Positions 35,627-46,628 of a stretch of 64,000 bases of DNA are shown piece by piece. Source of the DNA: an uncultured Chloroflexia bacterium. Lineage in GTDB: Bacteria; Chloroflexota; Anaerolineae; Anaerolineales; UBA4823. Every line of letters begins with the position of its first letter. Within the stretch, counting starts at the first letter, position 1. The notes beneath the pieces are model-generated. The model made no database searches and had not been told where the DNA came from. It saw only the letters and a list, made by a program, of their open reading frames with translations. The position numbers and the translations under genes are program-made. Where the stretch lies: the NCBI GenBank assembly GCA_963751425.1, contig CAVVUF010000004.1, forward strand, positions 572,981 to 636,980, written 5' to 3'.

Positions 35627-36737
35627 TTACTGTGGCGTTAATCCCATCTTACGGGCTTCCTCATAGGACAGGAAGCCGTTTTCTTTATCACCAGTTGAGG
35701 CGCCGTTTTCAACCAGCGCGCTCCAAAATGCGTCCAGGTCGGTCGATTTCACACCTTTTTCCGCTTCCTGACTGAATAACACATCCACGGCAGCAAGATC
35801 CTCGGGTTTCGCCTCCTCTAAAACTTCTTCTATCACCGGACTCTCCTCAGCCGGGGAGACTCCTGCTCCGGTCACTTCTTCTAGTACCTGTGCCTCCTCA
35901 AAGAGTTTCTGAATCTCCCCCGCCGCAGAGGTGATCCGTCTCCCTGGGCTTAGAAGCGACGCCTGGAACGCCTGCCCTCCCACAACCAGGAGTGCCTGCG
36001 AAGTTCCAACCGGAGCCACACAAAGGTAATGATCGGCTCCTGAAAAACACAATAGGCTGGAGGGAATACCCTGACTCAGAGAGCTGGATATATCCAGGCT
36101 GTTCTGAAGCGTGGTAAGCAAGCGGGAAACCAGGGCTGGGTTCGTTAATAATGCCAATATCCCCTACCTGAGAAACTGCTTTGCCCTGGGCGTCAATCAC
36201 TGCCACCGCCTGTGCATTTAGCTGATCCCTCAAAGTACCCAAGGTCGTTAACAATCCAGCCTTCTCAACTTCCTGCGCTTTGACGGCCACCGGCTTGGTT
36301 ATTTCGGCTATCAAAGCAGTATCCGCCTTTACTTCTTCTTTTTCCTCACCGGCTGGCGCCCCTTCAACAATCCCCAAGCACCTCTGCGCTGCATCCAGCA
36401 GTTTCAATGCCCCGACTGGCTTATAAAAGAAAGCATCTGCCCCAATCTGATCGACTTGTTCTTTAACTTGGGGATCCGTCATGCCGGTGATCATGATGAT
36501 CTTCAAGTCGGGATTATTCTTCCGGATCCGTCTCACCAGGTCCAACCCCGAGATACCCGGCAGCTTGATATCCGTGATGAGCAAATGCACCTGCGTGCGG
36601 AAAGCTACCAGCAAGGCTTCCTCGCCGGAGGGCAGCTCGACAATATCCATCCCTGGCCCCAGCATTTGCAGTCCATCTGCAATCATGCGGCGCACATCCC
36701 GCTGGTCATCAACGATTAAAATGCGGAAGCTGCTCAT
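35627..36737 (-). pseudogene. response regulator (REC domain) with a C-terminal Roadblock/LC7-like region and acidic tail, containing one frameshift
   Basis: The REC domain is ILIVDDQRDVRRM...LLITDIKLPGISGLDL...KIIMITGM. The frame changes near 36140-36160 (...SQVGDIG / LLTNPALVSRLLTTLQNSLD...HYLCVAPVGTSQALLVVG). The track shows overlapping ORFs 35898-36737 and 35627-36157. The Roadblock assignment is weak. Confidence 0.65.
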
Positions 36738-36808
36738 TTCTTTTTTTATTCTATCACAGGATCAATTCTACCCTGCATTTTTTACGGGAGCAGCATCTTG
36801 TTCCCAGC

Positions 36809-37825
36809 TTACTCCACTCGCCAGCAGGCAATCCAGTGGTTGGGGCTGGCTTCTCTGAAAGGCGGCGTCTCAAGTTTGCAATGCTCCATGGCCACCGGGC
36901 AGCGGGGATGGAACCGGCAGCCCCCGGGTGGGTTCAACGGGCTCGGCACATCTCCCTGCAGAATGATGCGCTCGCGTTTGATGGTTGGATCGGGGATCGG
37001 GATTGCGGACATCAGAGCCTGGGTATAAGGGTGCAGTGGATTACGGAAGAAATCCGCACGGGGCGCCATCTCAACCATTATTCCTAAATACATTACCGCC
37101 ACCCGATCTGAGATATGCTCAACAACGCTCAGGTTATGGGCAATGAACAGATAGGTCAGGCCAAACTCTTTCTGCAAATCCTTTAAAATGTTCAGGACCT
37201 GAGACTGGATCGATACATCCAAAGCCGAAACCGGCTCATCTGCCACGATAAACTTCGGTCGCAGCGCCAAAGCCCGGGCAATTCCGATCCGCTGCCGCTG
37301 CCCGCCCGAAAATTCATGCGGATAGCGCCGCGCATGATAATCTTCCATCCCAACCTTGCGCAGCATTTCAATCGTGGTTTCAAAACGCTCGCGCCCTGTA
37401 CCAATGTTATGAATCTTCAATCCTTCAGAAATGGAATCGCCAACGGGCACGCGCGGGTCTAGCGACGCATAGGGATCCTGGAAGATGATCTGCATGTTGC
37501 GCCGCATCGCCTTAAGTTCTTTGCCCTTTAGTTTAAAGACATCCTGCCCGTCTAAAATGACCGATCCCGAGGTGGGCTCCACCAGCCTCAGCAGTGTACG
37601 ACCTACGGTCGTCTTTCCACACCCTGATTCACCTACCAGGCCTAAAGTCTCACCCTCCCGCACCGCGAAGCTCACATCATCCACTGCCTGTACCCAGGCA
37701 ATCGTCTTCTGCAGCACACCTCCCCGCACGGGAAAGTACTTCACCAGGTTTTTTACCTGGATCAAATCGCTTTTGCCATTCCCCGACCCCTTTATTTCTT
37801 TTGCAGAAGTCAACGGTTCTTTCAT
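36809..37825 (-). CDS. peptide-type ABC transporter ATP-binding protein (OppF/DppF-like), system 1
   Basis: [35 protein letters not shown] and the C-terminal [11 protein letters not shown] tail. Confidence 0.9.
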   Translation of the reverse strand: MKEPLTSAKEIKGSGNGKSDLIQVKNLVKYFPVRGGVLQKTIAWVQAVDDVSFAVREGETLGLVGESGCGKTTVGRTLLRLVEPTSGSVILDGQDVFKLKGKELKAMRRNMQIIFQDPYASLDPRVPVGDSISEGLKIHNIGTGRERFETTIEMLRKVGMEDYHARRYPHEFSGGQRQRIGIARALALRPKFIVADEPVSALDVSIQSQVLNILKDLQKEFGLTYLFIAHNLSVVEHISDRVAVMYLGIMVEMAPRADFFRNPLHPYTQALMSAIPIPDPTIKRERIILQGDVPSPLNPPGGCRFHPRCPVAMEHCKLETPPFREASPNHWIACWRVE

Positions 37826-37861
37826 GAATGCCTCGTATATCGACTTATCAGCCTCATCATC

Positions 37862-38882
37862 TCATGCCCTCCATATCGCGCGGTGGTCTTCATGATCCTG
37901 GTACATCCAGCATCGCACAGTATGTTTAGGGGCAATCGGCAGCAGCTCCGGTTCCAGCTCTGTACAAATTTTCAACTGGTACTCCATCCTGGCTCGGCAG
38001 CGCGGTGCAAACCGGCAGCCGGGGGGCAGATTGATCAGGTTTGGCACACTACCCGGAATCACATCGAGCAATTCCTTGACCTGTCCCAACACCGGAATGG
38101 AAGCCATTAAACCCTGCGTGTAAGGGTGCAGCGGCTTGGCAAACAAAGTTTTTACATCCGTTTGTTCAACGATCCGTCCTGCATACATCACCGCCACACG
38201 GTCTGCCATCTCGGCGATTACCCCCAGGTCGTGCGTGATCAGAATGACCGCTGTATCCATCCGGTTGCGCAAGTCACGCATCAAATCGAGGATCTGCGCC
38301 TGGATGGTCACATCCAGAGCGGTGGTCGGTTCATCAGCGATCAAGAGCTGAGGATTCAAGGCCAATGCCATGGCGATCATCACACGCTGCGCCTGCCCGC
38401 CGGACATTTCATGCGGATACGCATGCGCCTTCTTTTCCGGATCAGGGATCCCCACCGTGCGTAGAAGGTCCACAGCTCGTTCCCAGGATTTTTGTTTGTT
38501 CAACCCCTGGTGGATGCTCAGCACCTCTGCCACTTGATCCCCAACTTTAAAACCGGGTTAAACTCGACTGCGGTTGCTGGAAGATCATCGACATCCGGTT
38601 CCCGCGCATTTGAACCATATCTGCTTCTGAAAGCTTAAGTATATCCTTGCCTTCGAAATAAATTTCCCCTTCCACGACTTGACCCGGCGGGCTGATCAAG
38701 CGCATGATCGAAAGCGAAGTCACGCTCTTTCCACAACCGCTTTCTCCCACCAACCCCAACACTTCCCCGCGGCCAACGGTAAAATCAACCCCGTCTACCG
38801 CTTTCACTACCCCGTCTTCGGTGAAGAAGTACGTCTTCAGATTTCTTAGCTCAAGCAAGATTTCGCGGCTTCGATCGATCAT
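37862..38882 (-). pseudogene. peptide-type ABC transporter ATP-binding protein (OppD/DppD-like), system 1, frame-disrupted
   Basis: [24 protein letters not shown] and [11 protein letters not shown] are present. The frame breaks at about 38533-38560, reading ...[13 protein letters not shown] where SLNPV(L/F)KVGDQVAEV is expected. This is consistent with two 1-nt losses in A/T homopolymers. Confidence 0.8.
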
Positions 38883-38957
38883 ACCCTTTTCCTTCAGTCA
38901 GTAGAGACCATCCCGTAGATTTATCCATCCATTTTATCAAATGATTGCCATTAATAC

Positions 38958-41555
38958 TTATATTTTTCGCAACCTGGGGTTGAAGATACTATCCAGTGCA
39001 AAGCCGACCATCGCAAAAGACAACCCGGTAAGTACCATCAGTCCCACCGGCTCTAAAACCCAGTATAAATTCCCTTGAAATGCACCTTTTTGGACTGCAT
39101 CGTAAATTACTTTTCCCCAGGTCGGCATGTTCGGCTCGCTGACATTCAAGAACGCCAGGGTGGCCTCAAAACAAACATAGGTTGGGATCAAAATAATCAC
39201 CTGGGGTATCAATAAAGGCAAAATGCGCGGAATCATATACCGGAAGATGATCCTCCAGTTACTGCTGCCATAAGCCCGGGCGGCTTCAATATAAGGGGCG
39301 TCTTTCATCTCGAGAAAGGCTGCCCGGTAATTCTTAATGGCACTGCTGAACACGTTAAGGATCACCACTACCATTAATACTACCCAAATACTTTGGGAGT
39401 AAAGATAAAAAACCATAATCGCCACAGGCAGCACCGGGATGATCATGTTGATATCGGCAAGCCGCTGGATGACTTGATCGACCCTGCCACCAAACCAAAC
39501 ACCCGTGGCTGCCAGCATCATCGATGTCAGGGTGGTCGCAATCGCCCCAAAGAAGCCAAAAGCCAGGGCAATCGGGGCTCCCCAAAGCAAAGCCACCATT
39601 AAATCTCTGCGCATGGCGTCCGTGCCTGCCCAACCGTAAACCTTCCCATACAGGATCATGTCAGCGTTCAGGTCAGCTTCATCCTCAAAGACCAGGCCAT
39701 CGATCTGCAGAATATACCTGCCAGGCACTGGCGTGGGCTGCTCAAAATTCGGATTAGCAAATAAAATTTCCACCGCCGGATGCCCCCCTTGCCCTCCCGT
39801 CGCGAATTTCTGTTGGTTTTTCTTCGGGTCAAGCAATTCCTTCGGGGCATCCTGGGACAGCACAAAGGATTGGAGCGGCTGTAACGAAAAGCTCCCCAAA
39901 TCGAATTTTCTACCATCCGGTGTTTTCCATATCATAGAGACAAATGGCCGTTTCTCAGAGAACTGGCTGCGAAAGTTGATCGTCAAGTCTTTCGGAAAAT
40001 CTCCATAAGGATATTTGAAGCTGTAGAGCAGGGTGATTTTCTGTACCCCTCCCTCGGCCGGTAATACCTTCTTGATCGCCGTGCCATCCTGGCTGCTGAG
40101 GATAATATTCGGAGGCAGATCCTTTCTTCGGAAAAAGTTGATCCAGGTGGGACGTGCATTTTCCGGCAGCTTAAGATTCTCTGGGTTGCTTGTCTGCCAC
40201 AAATGAACCGCTTCTGGATAGGGGATGGTAAAAATCGTGTAAATCGATACCCCGATCATCAGGAAAATGATCAAAACTCCCACCACAGCCAGCGGGTAGC
40301 GGGTGATTTCGCGCAGAAAATTATTCAGAGCACGATAATTTCCTTTCCTTACCCCTGGCCTGGATCTCATGGCTTCATTTCGAGGGGCAAGGCTGCTCCG
40401 AACCCGGGCAGGCTTGCTGATCGGGAATGCCGGGCGCTTGCCCAGGTTCTTGAGGTCATCTCGGAGTCCGGCAAACCCACGGCGCTGCCTGACTGGCACT
40501 ACGGTCTGCTCCTCCCCGGTGATCCTGATGCGAGGGTCGAATAAAGCGTAGAAGAAATCTAACAAGAAAACCGATACTGCCAGCAAAAGTGCAAAAATGA
40601 CGATCAGGGCGAGCACCACCCCTCTTTCATAAATGGGTACAGCCGTGATAAATAATTTCCCGATGCCGGGCCAATTAAAAATTTTCTCCAAAACGATGAT
40701 ACCTTGCCAAAAACCAATCAGCAAAAAAGTAAAATTTGTAATTAAAAAAGGCAGGACCGGCCTGAGGATATATTGCCGATCGATGGTCCTCCCCGGTAAA
40801 CCCATTGCCACTGCCATTTCCACATAATCTTCACCTTGATGGATTAAAAAGTAGGTCCGCCAGGTATACACTCCCTGGAAGAAGGTGCTCAGGATAATTG
40901 CCAGGAATGGCAATAGCATGTGTTTAGCCACAATTGGAACATAGCCGAGCTTCGTGGCCGGTGGAAAGGTATCGTACATTCCCCCATAAGGCAGGAGATG
41001 TAACTGAGAGGCAAAGATAGCGATCAAAAGGACCGCATAGATCCAATTCGGTACCGATGACAGGGGGGAAAGCGTGAGCATCAACCCGTCCCAAAATCCT
41101 CCATGGCGTTTTGACAGGTAAAGTGCGGTCGCAACACTCGCCAGGAACACAAAGGCATTCGCCACCCCCGCCAGGAGGAGCGTATTCGGCAGCGCCTCAA
41201 GGATGATTTTACGGATATCGCGCAAGTCATCCTTCTGCGTCTCCATCGCATTGGCTTTTCCCCAGTTGAAGGTGATCCCCTGGTAAAACCAGCGCAAACT
41301 CCGCAGCAAGAAGGGTTGATGTAACCCGAAGGCTTCCTCCATCTCCCACCGCATCTTCTCATACAACTGGGTCTGTTCGTCGGGTGACAGCATCGTCGTA
41401 TCATTCGACATGAAATAGCCTTGCAGCGCATCATCGACCCTGGCCCGGTAGATCTGATCAATATAGCCCCCATAATTGATGACTACCACAGCCAGGTAAA
41501 TCCCGATACTGACCGTAACGACCAGCAGCCCGGCTTTAACCAGGCCATATTTCAC
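38958..41555 (-). CDS. fused peptide-type ABC permease (OppB/DppB-like N-half plus OppC/DppC-like C-half), system 1
   Basis: Single 865-aa ORF. The N-half has DYVEMAVAMGLPGRTIDRQYILRPVLP and ends ...FFYALFDPRIRI. A basic linker follows. The C-half has a roughly 200-aa extracytoplasmic loop and YIEAARAYGSSNWRIIFRYMIPRILP. Confidence 0.85.
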   Translation of the reverse strand: MKYGLVKAGLLVVTVSIGIYLAVVVINYGGYIDQIYRARVDDALQGYFMSNDTTMLSPDEQTQLYEKMRWEMEEAFGLHQPFLLRSLRWFYQGITFNWGKANAMETQKDDLRDIRKIILEALPNTLLLAGVANAFVFLASVATALYLSKRHGGFWDGLMLTLSPLSSVPNWIYAVLLIAIFASQLHLLPYGGMYDTFPPATKLGYVPIVAKHMLLPFLAIILSTFFQGVYTWRTYFLIHQGEDYVEMAVAMGLPGRTIDRQYILRPVLPFLITNFTFLLIGFWQGIIVLEKIFNWPGIGKLFITAVPIYERGVVLALIVIFALLLAVSVFLLDFFYALFDPRIRITGEEQTVVPVRQRRGFAGLRDDLKNLGKRPAFPISKPARVRSSLAPRNEAMRSRPGVRKGNYRALNNFLREITRYPLAVVGVLIIFLMIGVSIYTIFTIPYPEAVHLWQTSNPENLKLPENARPTWINFFRRKDLPPNIILSSQDGTAIKKVLPAEGGVQKITLLYSFKYPYGDFPKDLTINFRSQFSEKRPFVSMIWKTPDGRKFDLGSFSLQPLQSFVLSQDAPKELLDPKKNQQKFATGGQGGHPAVEILFANPNFEQPTPVPGRYILQIDGLVFEDEADLNADMILYGKVYGWAGTDAMRRDLMVALLWGAPIALAFGFFGAIATTLTSMMLAATGVWFGGRVDQVIQRLADINMIIPVLPVAIMVFYLYSQSIWVVLMVVVILNVFSSAIKNYRAAFLEMKDAPYIEAARAYGSSNWRIIFRYMIPRILPLLIPQVIILIPTYVCFEATLAFLNVSEPNMPTWGKVIYDAVQKGAFQGNLYWVLEPVGLMVLTGLSFAMVGFALDSIFNPRLRKI

Positions 41556-41624
41556 TAGCCTGGCAAATGTGCTGGTGGAAGGTATTCCACCCGGGTCCCG
41601 CGGTGAAGGCTGGTTAAGATACTA

Positions 41625-41674
41625 AGTCATAAAAAACCGTTTACAAAGTGCCCGGTGGCCGCAGCACCCGGCAC
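41625..41674 (-). terminator. putative terminator between peptide ABC system 2 and system 1
   Basis: On the minus strand an imperfect GC-rich hairpin (GTGCCGGGTG...CACCGGGCAC) is followed by TTTGTAAACGGTTTTTTAT. Confidence 0.4.
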
Positions 41675-41729
41675 CCACAGGTGACTGTGTAAAAGGGCCT
41701 AAATTATGCCTCTAATTACAGAATGCCGG

Positions 41730-41933
41730 TCAATGATCCCTGCGCTTACGGATATACATGAGCGATCCAACCACTCCAAGGATCAAGCCCGACAGCGAGG
41801 CAGCATAGGCAAGGAAATTCAGGAAAAAAGTGGAGGGTAAAATCTTCATGACCATCAGGAAAGGGGCGACCGCCCCAAAAAGGACCAGCAAGAAACCAAT
41901 CCCGATCATCATCCAGGGAGAGAGGGGTTTCAT
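41730..41933 (-). CDS. small two-TM membrane protein
   Basis: 67 aa, MKPLSPWMMIGIGFLLVLFGAVAPFLMV...LSGLILGVVGSLMYIRKRRDH. 4-nt overlap with the upstream ATPase gene. Confidence 0.5.
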   Translation of the reverse strand: MKPLSPWMMIGIGFLLVLFGAVAPFLMVMKILPSTFFLNFLAYAASLSGLILGVVGSLMYIRKRRDH

Positions 41934-42976
41934 TTTTCTTCCCCAGGCTTATACAGCCAACAAGCCGCCAGGTGATTGGCCTCAACTTCAAAATCGGGCG
42001 GTACTTGCACGTTGCACAGCCCATCCATGAACCGGGCGCAGCGCGGGTGGAAGCGGCAGCCTGCTGGCGGGTGTACCAGGCTCGGCGGCTCACCCGGCGG
42101 GACATCGCGGTAAACTGCGGCATTGCGTGCATCCGGGTCAGAAGAGGCTGCCAGTAAAGCATGCGTGTAGGGGTGGCGCGAACTGCGCAGCAAATTATAG
42201 ACCGGCGCTTTCTCAACCAGGTTTCCAGCGTACATCACAAAGATGCGCTCAGAAAAATAACGTACCGTAGAAAGGTCGTGTGTAATGTAAATAAAGGCCA
42301 GGTTGTGGGTGGTCTGCAAGCCGCGCAGCAAACGCAGGATCTCCACCCGCACCGAGGCATCCAGCATCGAGACCGGCTCATCCGCCACGATCATCTTCGG
42401 TTCCAGGATCATCGCCCTGGCAATGACCACACGCTGCTGCTGGCCTCCTGAGAGCATATGCGGAAATTTATACAGGTAGTCATCCACCGGAAACATCTTG
42501 ATCTCTTCGAGGGTCTTGTGGATGCGCTCATTGATCTCATTTCGATCCTTGATCCCATTGATGACCAAGGGTTCCGTTAGGATGCGCTCAACCGTCATGA
42601 ACGGCGGCAGCGCGCCATAAGGGTCCTGCTGGATATATCCCACTTGAGAACGATACCAGCGCAGCTCTTTTGGAGAAAAGCTGCTAATCTGTTGGCCGTC
42701 GAAGAAAACTTGACCCCCCGTGGGTTGGTACAAACCCAGGATCGTCTTCATCAAGCTGGATTTCCCGCAGCCGCTCTCTCCTACCACGGCAATGGCTTCC
42801 CCCTGGTGCAGGTCGAAGGTGACCCCGTCCACCGCTTTCACATAACCAGCATGCCCAACCCCAAAACGCTTGAGCTCGAACCACACTTGCAAATCTTTTA
42901 CGGACATTAACACATCGGTTTTTCGGCTGGCAGCTTGAACTGGAGCTTTCTCTTGATTTTCTTGTGTGAGCACCAT
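41930..42976 (-). CDS. peptide-type ABC transporter ATP-binding protein (OppF-like), system 2
   Basis: [35 protein letters not shown] and [11 protein letters not shown]. Confidence 0.9.
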   Translation of the reverse strand: MVLTQENQEKAPVQAASRKTDVLMSVKDLQVWFELKRFGVGHAGYVKAVDGVTFDLHQGEAIAVVGESGCGKSSLMKTILGLYQPTGGQVFFDGQQISSFSPKELRWYRSQVGYIQQDPYGALPPFMTVERILTEPLVINGIKDRNEINERIHKTLEEIKMFPVDDYLYKFPHMLSGGQQQRVVIARAMILEPKMIVADEPVSMLDASVRVEILRLLRGLQTTHNLAFIYITHDLSTVRYFSERIFVMYAGNLVEKAPVYNLLRSSRHPYTHALLAASSDPDARNAAVYRDVPPGEPPSLVHPPAGCRFHPRCARFMDGLCNVQVPPDFEVEANHLAACWLYKPGEEK

Positions 42977-42988
42977 TAACCACTCCTT

Positions 42989-43954
42989 CTAGACGTACTT
43001 CCAGCAAGCAACCTTGCGGTCTTCCACTTTCACCGTCGGTGGATCCTGATCGCATTTTTCAAAGCGTGAAGGACAGCGCTCTGCAAAGCGGCAGCCCGGC
43101 GGCAGGTTATACAGGCTGGGCGGTTGGCCGGTAATAAATTCCGGCTCCTTATCGCCTCTCAGGCGCGGCACAGAGGCCATCAGCATCTGCGAATAGGGAT
43201 GCAGGGGTTTCGTGAAGAAATTCATCGCGTCGCTGTCTTCGACGATCAAGCCCGCGTACATCACCGCCACCCGGTTGGCCAGCTCAGAAGAGGTGGCAAT
43301 GTCATGCGTGATCAAGATATAACTGATCTCAAGCTCTTTCTTGATGCGCTTGAGCACGTTCATAATGTTCGCCTGGGTGAGTACATCCAGGGCCGAGGTA
43401 GGCTCATCCAGGATGATCAGGCGCGGCATGGTTACCAGCGCCATGGCAATGGCGGCGCGTTGGCGCATTCCGCCCGACAACTCAAAAGCATAACGTCCCA
43501 GAAAATCGACCGGCACCCCTACGTTTTGGAACATCTTTGCCGCTTGGGCCAGGGCGTCGTCTTTCTTCATGTTGCTGTGCACGATCATCGGCTCAGCCAC
43601 CTGGTCGCCGACTTTCAACACCGGGTTGAGTGAGTTCATAGCCGCCTGGGGGACCATCGACATGCGCACCCAACGCACCCCGTGGCGGAACTCCTCATCG
43701 CTCAAAGGCATCACATCCTGACCTTCCAGGAACACCTTGCCCGAATAGGTCTCCACGTTGCGCGGCAGCAAACGCAGGATGGCCTTCGCCAGCGAGCTCT
43801 TGCCGCAGCCCGACTCTCCCAACACCACCACCGCTTCTTGGTACCCAAGGTCGAAGTTCACGCCATCCACGGCGCGCACTGCGCCTTTGCCAGTACGGAA
43901 GTGCAGTTTCAAGTCTTCCAAATGCAGTAAGGTTTTATCAGCCATAGCGTTCAC
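42989..43954 (-). CDS. peptide-type ABC transporter ATP-binding protein (OppD-like), system 2
   Basis: [34 protein letters not shown] and PPGCRFAERC. Confidence 0.9.
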   Translation of the reverse strand: MNAMADKTLLHLEDLKLHFRTGKGAVRAVDGVNFDLGYQEAVVVLGESGCGKSSLAKAILRLLPRNVETYSGKVFLEGQDVMPLSDEEFRHGVRWVRMSMVPQAAMNSLNPVLKVGDQVAEPMIVHSNMKKDDALAQAAKMFQNVGVPVDFLGRYAFELSGGMRQRAAIAMALVTMPRLIILDEPTSALDVLTQANIMNVLKRIKKELEISYILITHDIATSSELANRVAVMYAGLIVEDSDAMNFFTKPLHPYSQMLMASVPRLRGDKEPEFITGQPPSLYNLPPGCRFAERCPSRFEKCDQDPPTVKVEDRKVACWKYV

Positions 43955-45291
43955 ATACCTCGCAAGCGGGGGTTAAAGATGCGGTCCAACGCGAAGCCTA
44001 CCAGGGCAAAAGCCAGGCCGGTGAGCATCAAGAGCGCAGAGGGTTCCAGGATCCAGTAATACAGTCCCTGGTACAGGGCTCCATTCGAGTTGGCATCGTT
44101 AATCACCTTGCCCCAGGTAGGCAGCACCGGGTCGCCTAGCCCGAGCACCGCCAGCGAGGCTTCCAGGAAGACATACACGGGAATGGCGGTTACCAGGGTC
44201 GGGATCAGGATTGGGACGATGCGCGGCAGCAGGTAGCGGAAGATAATGCGCGCATTGCTGGCGCCGTAGGCGCGCGCCGCTTCAATATACGACGATTCTT
44301 TGATCTGTAAGAAGATCGCCCGGTAGCTTTTGATGCCATACCCAAATATGCTCAAGAGGATCGTCGCTCCCAGGATGACCCCCAGGCTGCGCGAATAGAA
44401 CGTGCCCACCATGATCAGGATGGACAGGAAAGGCAGGATCAGATTGATCTCCGTGATGCGCTGGATGAGCTCATCGATCCACCCGGCGTACCAGACCCCA
44501 AACGCGGCAATGATCATGGTCAATACCGAGGTGCCCAAGGCAGCGATCAAGCCGAACGACAGCGCCACCGGCAGCCCCCACAGCAGGGCAATCATCAGGT
44601 CACGCCGCAGGTGGTCGGTCCCCGCCCATCCGGCTACCAGCCCATAGACAACCATCTCAGCATCGATATCGGCATCCTTCTCGAACAGATTGCCAATGAT
44701 CTGCAGCTCATAATGCCCATGCACCGGTGAAAGCGTCGCCGAGTTCAGGTCGACAAACAAAGCCTGCTCCGGCGGCAGCCCTCCCAGTTTCCGCTTGAGC
44801 TTCTCATCTTGCGAGACACGGTAGGTTTCCACTTTCCCAATGGAGAAAGACCCCATTTGGGTCTCCCCTGTCGGCGAAACCCAGGTCAGCGACACCAGGG
44901 GCTTTTTTTCCTCGAATTGCGAAGTAAAAAAGATGGCTATTTCCTGCGGGAAACTATCATAGGTCCACTCGAACGGGAAGGTCATCAGCACCTGGGTCAG
45001 GTCTTCCGTCACCGGCTTGACCGTTTTCGTGGCCGTGCCGTCCTTCGTGCTCAACACAATCGTCTTGGGCAAATCGTGGATGCGAAACCAGTTCACCCAT
45101 TCGGGCTGCGCCAGCTTGGGGGACTTATGCCAGACCACCTCGCCCCCCCGCCACAGGTTGACCGCTTTTTGGTATGGGAAAGCGATCACGATGATCACTG
45201 CCAGGATGATCATGATGATAATGATGGTTGCCCCCACCGCGGCCGAGGGATATTGATAGATATCACGCAGGGTGCGTTTGATCGCATTCAT
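43951..45291 (-). CDS. peptide-type ABC permease (OppC-like) with a large extracytoplasmic loop, system 2
   Basis: 446 aa, paralogous to the C-half of 38958-41555. Contains YIEAARAYGASNARIIFRYLLPRIVP. Confidence 0.9.
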   Translation of the reverse strand: MNAIKRTLRDIYQYPSAAVGATIIIIMIILAVIIVIAFPYQKAVNLWRGGEVVWHKSPKLAQPEWVNWFRIHDLPKTIVLSTKDGTATKTVKPVTEDLTQVLMTFPFEWTYDSFPQEIAIFFTSQFEEKKPLVSLTWVSPTGETQMGSFSIGKVETYRVSQDEKLKRKLGGLPPEQALFVDLNSATLSPVHGHYELQIIGNLFEKDADIDAEMVVYGLVAGWAGTDHLRRDLMIALLWGLPVALSFGLIAALGTSVLTMIIAAFGVWYAGWIDELIQRITEINLILPFLSILIMVGTFYSRSLGVILGATILLSIFGYGIKSYRAIFLQIKESSYIEAARAYGASNARIIFRYLLPRIVPILIPTLVTAIPVYVFLEASLAVLGLGDPVLPTWGKVINDANSNGALYQGLYYWILEPSALLMLTGLAFALVGFALDRIFNPRLRGM

Positions 45292-46437
45292 ACGTTGCGG
45301 CCCTCCCCGCCGATCTTGACGCGCGGGTCAACAATGGCATAAACGAAATCTAACACGAAAACCGTGATGGCCAGAAGGTAGGAGAAAACCACCGTGGTGC
45401 CCACGATGACGGACGTTTCATACAGATTGACCGCCGTGAAGGTAATGCGGCCGATCCCCGGCCAGTTGAACACCGTTTCAAAGATCGGCGCCCCCGTCCA
45501 CGATACGATCAAAAGAAAAGCAAAGGAGGTAATAATATTGGGCAGTGTCGGGCGCAGCACATAGCGCCGCTCAACATCCTTATCACTCAAGCCCTTGGCT
45601 TTGGCCATCTCGACATAATCTTCGCTGGAATAGATCAAGAAATAGGTCCGGTAGGCGTAGACGGCGCCAAAAAAACCAGCGATCGTAAATGCAAACACAG
45701 GCAGGATCATATGCTGCAACAGGCTGAGGGCATATAAAATCGGTTCTTCGGGCGGCGGGGCAGAGACCATCCCGCCATACGGCAGCCACCCCAGCCAGGA
45801 GGCAAAGATCAAGATCAGGAACAGGCTGTAAAACCAGGCCGGGATGGCGGAAGTCGGCGACATGCCGATGATAAATTTATCCAGCTTGCTCCCATACTTG
45901 CGAGAGAGGCTCAAGCCGACTCCCACGGAAAGAAAGAAGTTAATCAGCGAGGCACTGCCTGTCAGCAGCAGGGTGGCCGGCAGGCGCTCGAGGATAATAT
46001 TTTTCACCTGCCGCGAGCCCGCATCGCTGGACATATAAGACGCCCTCCCCAGGTTGAGCGTCAGGGCATTCTTCAAGAAGCCAAAGCTGCGCACCACAAA
46101 CGGCCTGTCCAGCCCGCACCCGGTGTTCTTCCAGAGCGATCATTTCCTCCACGCGGCGGGTGCGCGTCGCCACATCCAGGGCTTTTAGCGCCGGGTCGGT
46201 CAGCACCCGCTGCGAGATCGTCTCGCGGATATCGCCGCGGCGGATCTCGTCCACGTAACCGCCCATGTTGGCGATCAGCACGGTCAGGTACACGCCGACC
46301 GCCACGGTCATGGCCAGCAGCAAGATGCGCACCACCATGTATTTGGCCACACGCACCACAGAGCTGGAACTTTGCCTGGCTTTCTTGACCTCTTCTACTG
46401 GAACATTACCTGGCACACTCAGGTTTGCTTCAGCCAT
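45288..46437 (-). pseudogene. peptide-type ABC permease (OppB-like), system 2, with one frameshift
   Basis: ORFs 45940-46437 and 45288-46097 overlap in different frames. The frame changes at about 46100-46135 (...MIALEEH / GLDRPFVVRSFGFLKNAL...). Contains DYVEMAKAKGLSDKDVERRYVLRPTLP. Confidence 0.8.
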
Positions 46438-46498
46438 AGGCTTGCCCTTTCAAAAAAGCTTCTATCTTCGAAAACATATGGAAATACGACTGCCAGTT

Positions 46499-46546
46499 GT
46501 CACCCTGAGCGAAGCCAATGCATCCATCCGCTTCACTCAGCATGCC
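46499..46546. repeat. short palindromic element related to the 52401-53345 repeat family
   Basis: GTCACCCTGAGCGAAGC...GCTTCACTCAGCATGCC, with imperfect inverted termini sharing the CTGAGC/GCTCAG-type core of the larger repeats. Confidence 0.4.
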
Positions 46547-46628
46547 AAAAGCCTGGATCTTCAAGAAAACCTGTTTTGAAACCGCGTATTATATTTTCTA
46601 AAAGAGCCAATTGCACGCTCAAGCAGTG

